Shown here: one piece after another, positions 37,111 to 50,531 of the stretch
Position numbering within the stretch: position 1 is the stretch's first letter
How the letters are laid out: each line of letters opens with the position of its first letter
Assembly: GCF_006345805.1 (NCBI RefSeq)
Contig: NC_043021.1
Coordinates: forward strand, 21,824,001 to 21,888,000
Direction of reading: 5' to 3'
DNA length: 64,000 bases
Source: Octopus sinensis
Lineage: Eukaryota
Made by a program: the position numbers and the translations under genes
Notes under the pieces: model-generated
Seen by the model: the letters and a program-made list of their open reading frames with translations, nothing else
What the model was told of the DNA's origin: nothing
Database searches by the model: none

Positions 37111-37332
37111 GTATGATATGATGACTTTCTCCACCCTCCAGGGACGTAACTAAATACCACAAAACACATAATCTACTTTTTTTTGTTTGTTTTTGCATTT
37201 TGTTTGGCATTCACTCACCTGATTCTGGTAATCTACCGTGTGTCCTTGTGGATGTATGTGTTTTTGTATGTGTGCATGTTTGTATATGTTACTGTGTTTG
37301 AGTGAATGTGTGTAGGTGTGTGTGTGTGTGTG

Positions 37333-37790
37333 TACATTTGAATGAGTTTGTGTGTGAAAATGAGTGTGTAGGTTAGCAAGTAACTCCGTATGAGTGTGTG
37401 CGCGTGTGTGTGTATATAAGTATATGTGTGAGTCTCTGCATGTGTGAATGTGTGTATGTGTGTGTGTGTGTGTGTGTGCGTGTGTGTGTGTATATTTGAA
37501 TGAGTTTGTGTGTGAAAATGAGTGTGTAGGTTAGCAAGTAACTCCGTATGAGTGTGTGCGCGTGTGTGTGTATATAAGTATATGTGTGAGTCTCTGCATG
37601 TGTGAATGTGTGTATGTGTGTGTGTGTGTGTGTGTGCGTGTGTGTGTGTATATTTGAATGAGTTTGTGTGTGAAAATGAGTGTGTAGGTTAGCAAGTAAC
37701 TCTGTATGAGTGCGTGCATGTGTGTGTGTGTATATAAGTATCTGTGTGAGTCTCTGCATGTGTGAATGTGTGTGTGTGTGTGTGTGTGTT
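37333..37790. repeat. 158-bp tandem repeat, about three units, TG-rich
   Basis: GGTTAGCAAGTAACTC at 37371, 37529 and 37687. Confidence 0.9.
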
Positions 37791-37869
37791 TGTTGCGCAT
37801 GTATGAGTGTACGTGAGTCTTTGTGTGTATGTTAGAAGCACATGCATTTGTTGTGGAAGTATGTACATC

Positions 37870-37904
<35 letters not shown>

Positions 37905-38506
37905 ATGTGAGTGGGTGTGTGTGTGCATAGATACAATGTAAATAGCAAGACGCTAAGAGTCAGAAGTTTGAGGAGGTGGTGCAACAGAAGCGGGAATTCA
38001 TCGCCATGGAAACAAATGTAAAAAAAAAAAATTCTTGTGCAAAGATACACTGTACAACCATCATCATTCATTCTATTCCACTCCAGCCCCACTCCAGCCA
38101 CACTCCAGCCCCACTCCGGTTCCACTCCCACTCATATTCGTTTGTTTCATATCTCCAATTCTCTGACGAGAACCAATCAGTTTTATCTTTACTACAACCT
38201 CTCTGTTTGCTATGACATATTTTCACACACTCACACACAATTATATGTGTATATAGATAGATATGTGTGTATACATATATATATATACACATATATATAC
38301 ATATATGCACACCTACATATACCCATTTATATGTATACAGATATATATTTCCATATATATGATATATATGATATATGATATACACATCGTATATATGATA
38401 TAAATATATCATATATATGTGTATATATATATAGAGAGAGAGAAAGAGAGAAAGATAGATTGATAGATCTATAGTATAATAGTATATGTATGTATATATA
38501 TACATA

Positions 38507-38915
38507 TAGGTGCAGGAGTGGCTGTGTGGTAAGTAGCTTGCTAACCAGCCGCATGGTTCTGGGTTCAGTCCCACTGCGTGGCATCTTCGGCAAGTGTCTT
38601 CTGCTATAGCCCTGGGCCGACCAATGCCTTGTGAGTGGATTTGGTAGACGGAAACTGAAAGAAGCCCGTCGTATATATGTATATATATATATATGTATGT
38701 GTGTGTATATGTTTGTGTGTCTGTGTTTGTCCCCCTAGCATTGCTTGACAACCAATGCTGGTGTGTTTATGTCCCCATCACTTAGCGGTTCGGCAAAAGA
38801 GACCGATAGAATAAGTACTGGGCTTACAAAGTATAAGTCCCGGGGTCGAGTTGCTCGACTAAAGGCGGTGCTCCAGCATGGCCGCAGTCAAATGACTGAA
38901 ACAAGTAAAAGAGAG
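38507..38915 (+). mobile_element. S1 SINE
   Basis: Full S1 head and tail. Confidence 0.9.
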
Positions 38916-39206
38916 AGAGAAAGAGTATACAAATATTCATTATCAGCAACACAGTTATTGTCAATCATTTTCATCATCTGTGATTATGATGATGATAAAG
39001 ATACGTGATGTGAATGAAAGTTATGATGATGATGAGGAGGAGGAGGAGGATTACAATGTCAGCCGTGTCAGTGTTAAAGGCGAAGCTTTATTTCGATGAA
39101 GGCGACATGACAGCATTGCAGAAGGTGTTACCAACACAGAGTGGTGGCAGTCACGTTTGGGTTGAAGACGACGTTGACGACGACGACAGTGTTTATGAAG
39201 GGGGAC

Positions 39207-39604
39207 TCTCTTTACTCCTTTACTTGTTTCAGTCATTTGACTGCGGCCATGCTGGAGCACCGCCTTTAGTCGATCAAATTGACCCCGGGACTTATTCTTT
39301 GTAAGCCCAGTACTTATTCATCAGTCTCTTTTGCCGAACCGCTAAGTGACGGGGACGTAAACACACCAGCATCGGTTGTCAAGCAATGCTAGGGGGACAA
39401 ACACAGATGCACAAACACACACACACACATATATATATATACGACAGGCTTCTTTCAGTTTCCATCTACCAAATCCACTCACAAGGCATTGGTCGGCCCA
39501 GGCTATAGCAGAAGACACTTGCCCAAGGAGCCACGCAGTGGGACTGAACCCAGAACCATGTGGTTGGTAAGCAAGCTACTTACCACACAGCCACTCCTGC
39601 GCCT
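39207..39604 (-). mobile_element. S1 SINE
   Basis: Full S1 head and tail. Confidence 0.9.
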
Positions 39605-40254
39605 GTCAATGACTGCAATGACGTGGTAACCAACAGCAACACCATTGATATGATTGATGACGACGACTACGACGATGACGACGATAATGGGGATGAGTAC
39701 GACAACAACAGCAATGACGACGATTATGATGACAATCATAAGGATTATACTGATGACTGCATCCCCTGTAACTTTGATCTGCGTTTGATGTAATTTAGAT
39801 CCCATCTAAAACACATATCCTTCACTCACCCCTATTCCTCCGATGGAGTAAAATTTTTTATTTATCTATGTTTTTTTTTTGTTTTTGATTCTTTGTAGTA
39901 TTCCAGACCCTCCCCACACATTTCTCATCCTATTCTAATCCCTTATTTTTTTTTTTTTATTTTACTTAAATATTCATTTATTTAGTTAGTTTAATTTTGC
40001 ATCTTTCATTGGAATTTGCTTCGCTTTCGAAAAAAAAAAAAAAGTAAAGATTAATAAATTTTTGTCTCTTTTTCCTCGTTATCGCTGATTGATCTTAAAA
40101 CTTTTAGAGTTGATATTGCAGTTTTTTACTTTTAAAACATTACTGCATTTTCTGTTTAACACCAGCTGTGACACAACAATAAACGTGTCATGGCATTGCC
40201 AAGGAGGAAACCTGGCTTGTTAAATCAATGAGAAAGGGTACACCTATTTTCTAA

Positions 40255-40577
40255 CTAAAAAGAGTATGGCCTGGTCAGCCTGTAATGACATGCATAAGAT
40301 CTGGTCATCAAATCTAAGTAGAGACTTAGTCCTCGTTTTGGTGTGCTAAAATACCAGAAATAATTCTGCAGAAAATAATTCTCTGCAGTGAGTTATGCCG
40401 GTTAGAGAACATATAGGTGCAGGAGTGGTTGTGTGGTAAGTAGCTTGCTAACCAACCACATGGTTCCGGGTTCAGTCCCACTGCGTGGCACCTTGGGCAA
40501 GTGTCTTCTGCTATAGCCTTGGGCCGACCAAAGCCTTGTGAGTGGATTTGGTAGACGGAAACTGAAAGAAGCCTGTC

Positions 40578-40628
<51 letters not shown>

Positions 40629-41452
40629 CATGTGTTTGTGTTTGTCCCCCTAGCATTGCTTGACAACTGATGCTGGTGTGTTTACGTCCCCGTCACTTAG
40701 CGGTTCGGCAAAAAGAGACCGATAGAATAAGTACTGGGCTTAGAAAAAAAGAATAAGTCCCGGGGTCGAGTTGCTCGACTAAAGGCGGTGCTCCAGCATG
40801 GCCGCTGTCAAATGACTGAAACAAGTAAAAAGAGTAAAAAGAGAGATATGGATTTTAAATTCAAATCCAAAATGAGGGTGAAAAATTGAATATTAATTTG
40901 ATTAATATCAATTTAAAACCAGTGGTCTATGTATGTATGCATGTTTGTGTAGACATGCATAAGATCTGGTCATCAAATCTAAGTAGAGACTTCAAACTTG
41001 AAATCTTCAAAGCCACAGTCGAACCAATTCCACTCTATGGCTCAGAAACCTGGACGTTATCAAAGAAGCTTGAGAGGTGGTTGGATGGAACCTACACTCG
41101 CCTCCTTATGAGAGCTCAAAATCTCTCGTGGAAGCGTCATCCAACCAAAATGCAAATATATGGGAAACTACCACCTGTGTCATCTCTTGTGAAAGGTAGG
41201 AGAGTCCAGTTTGCTGGACATTGTTGTAGAGCTGAAAAAGAGGTAATTTCTACTCTTCTCCTCTGGAAGCCATCTACTCGCAATACCAGAGGGCGCACAC
41301 TCTCCTACCCTACCCTGATGTAATCTCCAGGGATACAGGCATCCAGCAACAGGACCTCTGTAATGCCATGATGGACCGTGAAGTCTGGCGTAGCATGGTA
41401 AATTCCATTGTCTCGACCACGGTCGAACAATGATGATGATGACACCTATACA
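40255..41452 (+). mobile_element. RTE-clade (RTEX-like) LINE 3' end, interrupted and frameshifted
   Basis: KKSMAWSACNDMHKIWSSNLSRDFKLEIFKATVEPIPLYGSETWTL..RRVQFAGHC..(frameshift)..DVISRDTG..MMDREVWRSMV, then a (TGA)n tail; LLYGxETWTL and GH motifs are typical of the RTE post-RT region. Confidence 0.85.
40414..40845 (+). mobile_element. S1 SINE nested in a family F fragment inside the LINE
   Basis: Full S1 flanked by family F sequence matching 24755-24900. Confidence 0.85.
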
Positions 41453-41559
41453 GTTCCTCACGGTCTGTTAGAAAATATCGATGGCATCATCTTTACGTAT
41501 CATCTCACCTTCATAAATATCTGACCAAGTCTGCATTAAATATATATTCCTTGTCTTTT

Positions 41560-42290
41560 ATTATTTTATTTGACTGCGGCCATGCTGGAGCACCACCTTG
41601 AAGTGTTTTTGTTGAGGCTGTGTGGTAAGTAGCTTGCTAACCAACCACATGGTTCCGGGTTCAGTCCCACTGCATGACATCTTGGGCAAGTGTCTTCTGC
41701 TATAGCCCCGGACTGACCAATGCCTTGTGAGTGGATTTGGTAGACGGAAACTGAAAGAAGCCTGTCGTACATATGTATATATATGTATATATGTATGTGT
41801 GTCTGTTTGTCCCCCTAGCATTGCTTGACAACCGATGCTGGTGTGTTTACGTCCCCGTCACTTAGCGGTTCGGCAAAAGAGACCGATAGAATAAGTACTG
41901 GGCTAACAAAGAATAAGTCCCGGGGTCGATTTGCTCAACTAAAAGGCGGTGCTCCAGCATGGCCGCAGTCAAATGACTGAAACAAGTAAAAGAGTACTAG
42001 GTCTTATTTTTTGAGTCTGGTACTTATTCTATCGGTCTCTTTGGTCGAATCACTAAGTTATGGGGGGATATAAACACACCAACAATGGTTGTGAAGCAGT
42101 GATGGGAAGTGGGGACAAACACGGACATAACAACAGTACACACATATACAACGGGATTCTCTCAGTTTCCGTCTACCAAATCCATTCACAAATTTTTGGT
42201 TGGCCTGATACTATAATTGAAGACACTTGCCCAAGGTGCCACCATGTGGTTGGGAAGCAAGGTTTTTATCACACAGCCACAGTTGTGCCC
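41560..42290. mobile_element. 5'-truncated S1 (+, 41615-41996) nested in an older S1-like copy (-)
   Basis: Minus-strand tail at 41560-41610 continues at about 42000. Confidence 0.7.
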
Positions 42291-42442
42291 CCCCCACCTC
42301 TATATATATATGGATAAGAATATATACATTACATCAGGCTCCTTTCACTTTCCATCTATCAAATCTACTCACAAGGCTTAGTAAAAGGGCTATAGTAAAA
42401 GACACTTACTCAAGTATCACACAGCCATGCCTTCACCTATAT

Positions 42443-42497
<55 letters not shown>

Positions 42498-42556
42498 TAT
42501 ATATACATATATATACATATATATACACACACACACATATATATACACACATACAC

Positions 42557-42595
<39 letters not shown>

Positions 42596-42596
42596 C

Positions 42597-42657
<61 letters not shown>

Positions 42658-43069
42658 CACACACATATATATACATATATATATTTAGATATAGACTGAT
42701 AGACTGTTACTATATAATATACATATATATATACACACACACATATGCACAGAATACAGATTGATAATCCATTATCTGAAATGTGGTAGTACTAAAAGCG
42801 TTTCAGATAGCAGATTTTTTTTTCTTGTCATTTTTGGAATAATTGTATATTTTCATCTGTATAAAATGAGACTGTTGGAGGATGAAATCTAAATCTAAAC
42901 ACATTATCTATTTACATCTTATAATACAACACATTACATAGACTGTGAAACGATGTAGATTTATAGAAATTTTATAGACTGCACAAATGAATTTATAAAA
43001 AATTTTAATAATTTTTACTCTCCAGGTAATGAGGTTACTCATTTTACTCGTGTGTGGACATCTATTACT

Positions 43070-43286
43070 CTGTACTCTTTTACTTGTTTCAGTCATTTGA
43101 CTGTTGCCATGCTGGAGCACCGCCTTCAGTTGAGCAAATCAACCCCGGGACTTATTTTTTGTAAGCCTACTACTTATTCTATCGGTCTCTTTTGCCGAAA
43201 CCGCTAAGTTAAGGGGACGTAAACACAAGCAGCATCGGTTGTCAAGTGATGTTGTGGGGTGACAAACACAGACACTCAAACACACA

Positions 43287-43324
<38 letters not shown>

Positions 43325-43495
43325 TATATACAATGGGCTTCTTTCAGTTTCCGTCTACCAAATCCACTCACGAGGTTTTAGTCAGCTCGAGGCCATAGCA
43401 GAAGACACTTGCCCAAGGGGCCAAACAGTGGGACTGAACCCGGAACCATGTGGTTGGTAAGCAAGCTACTTACCACACAGCCACTCCTATGCCTA
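43070..43495 (-). mobile_element. S1 SINE
   Basis: Full S1 head and tail. Confidence 0.9.
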
Positions 43496-43622
43496 TGTAG
43501 ACATGAAATTCCAATTTAATGTAAAAATAATGTTTTTGTATGGAATTTATGATTTGTCTATCCTAAATCTATATATCCGGTAGACTGCTGTCCCAAAAAT
43601 ACATATCCGGTAGACTGTTTAC

Positions 43623-43940
43623 AAAGTCAGAAAACAGCACAGCTCCCATGACTTTCGGAAACATCTTTTCATGCTAAGAGTTGCTGAAGTATGGAACAAA
43701 CTGCCGGCATCAGTTGTTAGTTGTTGGAGCACTGCATCCTTCAAAACTTCCATGCTTCCTGAGATTCGTCAACACTACACCTGATTTTCTCCCCTCCATA
43801 CACACGCAGGCATGTATCTGACTCATACACTGTTCACTTCCCAGACATTTGTACATTATTGCATATACTTTATATGCACTGTCTGACAAGTTGTGGTGCA
43901 CCTGAAGACTGTATACAATAATTTCATTATTATTATTATT
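43623..43940 (+). mobile_element. CR1-clade LINE 3' end
   Basis: 43623-43784 encodes KVRKQHSSHDFRKHLFMLRVAEVWNKLPASVVSCWSTASFK..stop (R..FF..RV...WN.LP motif of CR1 ORF2 ends), followed by a UTR and (ATT)n. Confidence 0.8.
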
Positions 43941-44251
43941 ATTTTATGTTTGACTTTTGCTTTATATTTGTACAAGTTGGCTCCAAGTCTTACCCAGAGA
44001 CCTCAAGAGACAACAGGTTGGAAGTTCATGTTGTTGTTATGCCTAGTGTGCCATATATCTGGTTTTGTATTTAGTGTTGTACTAGTGAATGTCCAAAAAA
44101 AAAAAAAAAACGAAAATTATGTTTGTTTTAAACCCTGAGATTACATAGAAAGTATTTTGCGTAGGATATGAGCAGTCCCCATGAGCACTATCTTTTGAAT
44201 TTCTGCCATTTTCGGGTTTCCTGGTATCTGAGTTAGGTAGCAATCAGCCCC

Positions 44252-44283
<32 letters not shown>

Positions 44284-44951
44284 ATTATTATTATTATTAT
44301 TTAATAGATGTGTAGATTTCAGACTAACAAATGGTATGTTCTGTGCAAAAAATATTTGAAGGACAATGGCCGTTGTCATCGCTTATCATCCAGGTTTCCA
44401 TGCTTGAATGGGTCAGGCTGAATTTGTTGAAGCAGATTTCTCACAGTTGGATGCACATCTTGTTGTCAACACTCACCTGTTTTCCAATGTAAGGTAAATA
44501 TTTTCCAAGGCCAACCATGTTTCTTACAGAAGACTGAAAACGAGCACTATCACTTGTATGATGGTGAGGCTCAGTCACAACCATCATGTTGTCAAACACA
44601 CACACAGACATGACAGGCTTCTTTCAGTTTCCATCTACCGAATCCTTGCACAAATCTTTGGTCAATCTGGGGCAGTAGTAAAAGATGTTTGCCCTAGTGT
44701 CATCTTCAAACAAGAGGGTTTGTTCTTTTCCAGCAGCCTGTTGACAAACACTTACCTGTGTCTGGCCATGTGTGAATATCAAAATATTACCTTACTTGGA
44801 AACAGGTGAGAGTTGGTGACAGGAAGAGCATCCAGCTGTAGAAAATCTGCCTCAACAAATTCCATTTAACTCTTGTAAGCATGAAATTGTGGACCTTAAC
44901 TAGCAATGACGATAATGTTCAGTTGTATAGGAATAACAAAATCTTGATCTT

Positions 44952-45187
44952 ATTTCTTTGCTGCCCACAAGGAGCTACACACAGGGGGAGGGGACAAACA
45001 AGGACGGACAAACAGCTTAAGTCGATTATATCGACCTCAGTACGTAACTGGTACTTATTTAATCGACCCCGAAAGGATGAAAGGCAAAGGTGACCTCAGC
45101 GGAATTTGAACTCAGAATGTAGCGGCAGATGAAATACCGCTAAGCATTTCACCCGGCATGCTAACATTTCTGCCAGCTCGCCACCTT
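44952..45187 (-). mobile_element. S2 SINE
   Basis: Full S2, reverse orientation. Confidence 0.85.
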
Positions 45188-45219
45188 ATCTTTTGAAGCA
45201 CTCTGTCGGTTACGATGAT

Positions 45220-45577
45220 GAGGGTTCCGGTTGATCCAACCAACGGAACAGCCTGCTTGTGAAATTAACGTGTAAGTGGCTGAGCACTCCACAGACACGT
45301 GTACCCTCAACGTAGTTCTCGGGGATATTCAGCGTGACACAGAGAGTGACAAGGCCGGCCCTTTGAAATACAGGTACAACAGAAACAGGAAGAAAGAGTG
45401 AGAGAAAGTTGTGGTGAAAGAGTACAGCAGGGATCACCACCATCCCCTGCTGGAGCCTCGTGGAGCTTTAGGTGTTTTCGCTCAATAAACACTCACAACG
45501 CCCGGTCTGGGAATCGAAACCGCGATCCTATGACCGCGAGTCCGCTGCCCTAACCACTGGGCCATTGCGCCTCCACT
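45220..45577 (-). mobile_element. S3 tRNA-headed SINE
   Basis: Full head and body. Confidence 0.85.
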
Positions 45578-45815
45578 ACGCCACCTTATAACAAAAGCTT
45601 GATCTTGGCATCATCCAGTGCTTGTTCTGTGCTCTGACCATGAAGTCTTTGATTTAAAATGCTTGATAATCCAATCAGATCAATACCCACCCACCCCTTT
45701 TTTTTTTTTTAGCTAGTATAAGAATGCACTTTTTCCGTAACTGTAACTGAGCAAAGAAACAGGTTTTTTTTTTTGCCTACCACAGCAAGTTTATAGTTAT
45801 TGGAAGCTCACTGCA

Positions 45816-46140
45816 TTAACTAATCTTTCCTTGACATGCATCTTTCCCTCCTGAAGCCCATCCAACATCAGTCGTAATGAATATTTGCCTGGAAGCTTTA
45901 ATGTGAGAACAATAATCCGTAATCACTGTCATACCCGGATCATCACCATCATTCTTTTGTTCTGCCGTTAAACTTTCATCAGCAACATTTCTCGACATCA
46001 CAAATCAGAGACACGGAAACATTGCAAATCTTTCAATATTTAATGTCGTTCGTTCCTTTCCTCGGAATTTCCTAAGCAGCCTGCTAAATATTCAGCATTC
46101 CTTCCTGTTCATTGTGATAGACATTTTGCTTCTGTTTAGG
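45816..46140 (-). pseudogene. Possible decayed LINE RT N-terminal fragment (RTE-like)
   Basis: One frame with two stops; ADESLTAEQKNDGDDPGMTVITDYCSHIKASRQI loosely resembles the G.D.I.AE.LK..G..G...LT.LCN.I segment; weak. Confidence 0.3.
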
Positions 46141-46309
46141 TCACCAGTCTCTTCAGTGATATGTGTTCAATCTGGTGTGGAGCCACACGGCCTAGTGATT
46201 ATGGGTCTTGCACTCATAATTGCAAAATCATGGTTTCAAGGCCAGGAATTGGAAGAGGCATTTTACTGGACATGTTTTTTTTTCTTTTTATTTTCTTTTT
46301 AAGATGGAT

Positions 46310-46750
46310 GGTGAGATGACATGTCAAGCTTAGTGAAATCATGGTCGTGGTCAGGGTCAGTGATGCATAAAGGCACTCGTGCCAGTGACATGTAAAAGGC
46401 ACCTATGCCAGTGATATATAAAAGGTACTTATGCCAGTGGCACATAAAAGGCACCTGTGCTGGTGAGATGTAAAAGGTACTTATACCAGGGACGTATAAA
46501 AGGCACCCCTGCCAGTGACATGTAAAAGGTACCTATGCCAGTGATATATAAAAGGCACCTGTGCTGGTGACATGTAATAGACATCCAGTACACTCTCTAG
46601 CATGGTAGGCATTGGGAAGGGCATACAACTGTAGAAGCCATGCCAAAACAGACTGGTGCCTGGTTCAGTTCTCCAGCTTACCAGCTCAAGTCAAACCATC
46701 TAATCCATCCAGCATGGAAAACAGACGTTAAATGATGATGATGACGATGA
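46310..46750 (+). mobile_element. S4 SINE carrying an expanded 26-bp minisatellite
   Basis: Eight AGGCACCTGTGCCAGTGACATGTAAA-like units at 46371-46578; S4 tail with (TGA)n. Confidence 0.75.
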
Positions 46751-46937
46751 CAACGACAGAGGCTGTGACATTTACAAACAGGTACTGTTATAACAGCCAA
46801 TCAGTATCAAGCTGTTCACATCTGTTGTTACTAGCAAGGTTTACCTGTTAATGAAAGAGGCATCGTTAAAGCCTGACTCTCCAATGTTCTCTTTGATACA
46901 AACCTTCCTGTCTTGGATTCAACATTTTACCATCTCT

Positions 46938-47145
46938 TTACTCTTTTTACTCTTTTACTTGTTTCAGTCATTTGACTGCGGCCATGCTGGAGCACAGCCT
47001 TTAGTCGAGCAAATCGAACCCGGGACTTATTCTTTGTAAGCCCAGTACTTATTCTATCGGTCTCTAACCGCTAAGTGACGGGGACGTAAACACACCAGCA
47101 TCGGTTGTCAAGCAATGCTAGAGGGACAAACACAGACATACAAAC

Positions 47146-47178
<33 letters not shown>

Positions 47179-47350
47179 CATATATACGACAGGCTTCTTT
47201 CAGTTTCTGTCTACCAAATCCACTCACAAGGCTTTGGTCGGCCCGGGGCTATAGCAGAAGACACTTGCCCAAGGGGCCACGCACTGGGACTGAACCCGGA
47301 ACCATGTGGTTGGTAAGCAAGCTACTTACCACACAGCCACTCCTGCACCT
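46938..47350 (-). mobile_element. S1 SINE
   Basis: Full S1 head and tail. Confidence 0.9.
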
Positions 47351-47637
47351 GTGGTTTCTTTTTTTACTTTTAATGTGGATTTGCAGTTTCTGAGTCCATA
47401 CTTCTGATGTAGGATCCTTGGCATTTATTTGAAGTATATACAAAGGCCTGACACTTAAAAATCTAAACCATACCATCTTCTGAGAATAATTCACCAACAT
47501 CATACCTTATCTACGTTTAGTCTATTGTAAATGTCATTTGAATGAAAATATGCACTAACAGAAAACTTCCTAGTTTGAATAATATCTATCTTTCCCACTT
47601 GAAGCAATAGCAAAAGCTTGGTGCCTAGTGGTCAGTG

Positions 47638-47967
47638 CAGTATTTCCCAACCTATTTTCTTCCAGGCCCCATTGTAACTTTCCCCCAAAATGTATACCCC
47701 ACCAGTGGTTGAAAAAAACAAAACAAAAAAAGACAACTTTATTTTTGATATTTTATTACAATTATTTAATGCAAAGGAATCTACCAGTTACACTTTTATT
47801 AAGTACTGAGTCCAAAAACAGTTCATTATTGACTAAGGAATAAATAGAACTTCACAATTCTGTGTCCCACTAAAAAAAAAAGACAAAAAAATATTTGGAA
47901 CCCGTGCTCCACTATAATCTTTCCAGGCCCCACTGGTGAGGTGTATGCCCTATGTTGGGAACCACTT
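47638..47967. mobile_element. hAT-type MITE (second family)
   Basis: Imperfect TIRs CAGTATTTCCCAACC / TGTTGGGAACCACT. Confidence 0.55.
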
Positions 47968-48281
47968 GTTAGCATGTTGCACTCATGGCTGCAATCATGG
48001 TTTCAATTCTTGGACTAAGTAGTGCATTGTATGCTTGAGCAAAGCACTTCCCTTCACATTGTTCCAATCTATAACTCCACTGTAAATGGGTAAGCTTGCA
48101 GCAGACTGCTACCCAATTCAGTGGGGGATTGTGATTGTCTTGTCTTGTCTTGTAATGGAATTCACCCTGGAGGGGTTAGCCAGCTCCTATCAAGTTCACC
48201 GCACCATTGTGCGTTCATAGGAGTTTCAAGAGATGACCAGGCTGTGAAAGCAGTTCCCTTCTGTATTTGTAAACCATATAT

Positions 48282-48395
48282 GAAGGCGGCGAACTGGCAG
48301 AATTGTTAGCACGCTGAGCGAAATGCGTAGCCGTATTTCATCTGCCGTTACGTTCTGAGTTCAAAATCCGCCGAGGTCAACTTTGCCTTTCATCT
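48282..48395 (+). mobile_element. S2 SINE, 5' half
   Basis: AAGGCGGCGAACTGGCAG..CTTTGCCTTTCATC. Confidence 0.8.
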
Positions 48396-48765
48396 CTGAT
48401 ATTGACAAATCAACACTATTAACTCATGATCAAAACTTCTTGTTCTTTTGCAGTGGTTTTCCTTTCACTATTTCTATTAATTTCTGTTCAGCATTTTCAG
48501 CATAAAATTTCAGCAGTTTCTTTTTTTTTTCTTTCTAAAGATCATACTTATTAAATGTTCCAATGCCAAACACTTTGGTCAGACACTTCACACTTACTCT
48601 GCTATCAAGTTTCTCTTCTTTTTTCTTTTACCAATCAACAAATTAGTGTCTGGTTTATCAGTAAACAAAACATTTCTTTTTCTTTTCCCTTTATCCCATA
48701 GAAATATCTGCAGGACATTGTTTTTGCCTTCTCTGCATAGTGTAAATCACAAAACATGCAATGAG

Positions 48766-49173
48766 TACAAGGGGCTGCTGAAAAGTTCCTGGCTTTAAGG
48801 GTGTAGTGCAGTGGTTTTCAACCAGGGTTCCGCCAGTACAGTCCAGGGGTTCCGCAAGAAGTTACAAAAACTGCTAAATCAGCAGTAATTTTTAATTCTC
48901 CTGTGCAGATATGTGTGCATAAGACAATTAAATTATTGAACAGGGGTTCCTTGAGCCAGTGGAATGTTTCCTTGGGGTTCCGCTCCAGCAAAATGTTTGA
49001 AAAGCACTGGTGTAGGGAAAGGCCTGGTTGGAGGCCCAATCTTCTGAGATTTTTTACAGGGCTTAGAAAAACTGAAGGAATGCTTCAATAAGTTTGTGAA
49101 TCTGAGAGGGGAGTACGTTGAATAAAATCATAATTAACTGATCCACCTGTACTTTCTTTTACCTAAGGCCAGG
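48766..49173 (+). mobile_element. Mariner-type internal-deletion derivative
   Basis: TA-CAAGGGGCTGCTGAAAAGTTCCTGGC left TIR; remnant FLQGLEKLKECFNKFVNLRGEYVE-stop resembling the mariner transposase C-terminus; right TIR truncated after AAGGCCAGG. Confidence 0.7.
48809..49009. mobile_element. hAT MITE nested in the mariner derivative
   Basis: CAGTGGTTTTCAACC..TTTGAAAAGCACTG; 8-bp TSD GTGTAGTG/GTGTAGGG. Confidence 0.85.
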
Positions 49174-49696
49174 TAATGCCTTGTAATGCCAATTTTGAAG
49201 GTTGCATTATAATGGTTACTAACATCAACCAGCATCTTTTTTATCTGGGCTGAGGAAACCCAGAGGGAGTGAAGCTACTTCCAACATCTTATGGTTTAAT
49301 GAGTAAAAATCCTCTAGGACCCCAAGAACATCATTACTGATGCATTCTGTTGCATCTGTGAGACGTAACTTGGAACTAAGAAAAATACTATCTTAGCTAT
49401 TTATAGCCTCAAATTTTTCGATTTTTGCTCTCTCTCTCTCTCCTCCTCCATCTTGCTCTCACTTAAACAATATATAATTTCTTTAACAAGATGACCTTGT
49501 GGTCCTAGTGAACAGAATAGATAAGGCATTGCCCTGGAGGATGGTGAGATATACTGAATAGAATCAAGAAGTGGACAAATCTATGGTGAGGGGGAGGCAT
49601 GTTTGAGGGTGTGTTTGAGACAGTTTAAGACAAGATGTGCACTGAGAAGTCCAACTGACCTTCCTTGATTATTAGGCAGTTTATAGTAATCTTATA

Positions 49697-50000
49697 TCTT
49701 TATATATAAAACTAAAGTTGTGTGTGTGTCTGTCTACTCCGATTTAGATTCCTAACTACTCCCACATTTTGCAGTGCAGTTTAACCAAAACCGGGTATCT
49801 TATAGTCGTGATTCATATCGAGCCCTTCTGGGTATTAGCACACGTCTATGATGAGTCTACGATTTAAAAAAAAATTTACCATCATTTTTCCGCATTTTTA
49901 ATGATTTTTGCTCGGGTTATATAAGGGAAGTAACTCTCTAAAAATGCTTATATAGTTATTTCCCCTTACAAACCAGAGCAACGCCGGGCGATTCTGCTAG
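49697..50000 (+). mobile_element. Helitron family A (single internal unit)
   Basis: A|TCTTTATATATAAAA..CCAGAGCAACGCCGGG..CTAG|T. Confidence 0.8.
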
Positions 50001-50204
50001 TCAATGATAAAGAGACTTTTGAATTGACCCTGTGAGACATCTAAATTGTAGGATCTACATAGACACACATTTCTTTGACTGCACTTTTTCGGTGATGGGC
50101 CTTTGAGCTTGAAATATATGTAAAGGTTTAATGACTTTCATCTCTGCATTGTTAGAAGTTTTCCTCATTTTCCTTTTCCTGCACATACGCACGCATGCAC
50201 ACAT

Positions 50205-50531
50205 AGAGTTAGGAAGGGCATCCAGGTGCTAAATCAGAACGGAATCTGGTGCAGGCCCTCAGCTTAGCAGCCCTGGTCAAACCATCCAGCCGGTGCCAAC
50301 ATGGATAACGGATTTTAGATGATGATGATGATGATACACACACACATACAGCGTTAGAAAGGGCATCCAGTTATAGAAACCATGGTAAATCAGAACAGAA
50401 TCTGGTGCAGGCCCTCAGCTTAGCAGCCCTGATCAAACTGTCCAACCGGTGCAGCCTTTCAGCTTTCCAACCCTGGTCAAACCATCCAACCAATGCCAGC
50501 ATGGACAATGGATTTTAAATGATGATGATGA

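Noticed and set aside
38163-38200. Isolated CTGACGA; similar lone cores at 1103, 43902 and 55137
   Set aside because: No downstream GAAA/NUH or pairing helices.
39014-39304. 96-aa ORF with an acidic, protein-like middle
   Set aside because: It starts in a microsatellite and ends in S1; no recognisable homology or splice signals.
46371-46578. 26-bp repeats as a CRISPR array
   Set aside because: The units are contiguous without unique spacers, in eukaryotic DNA with no cas genes.
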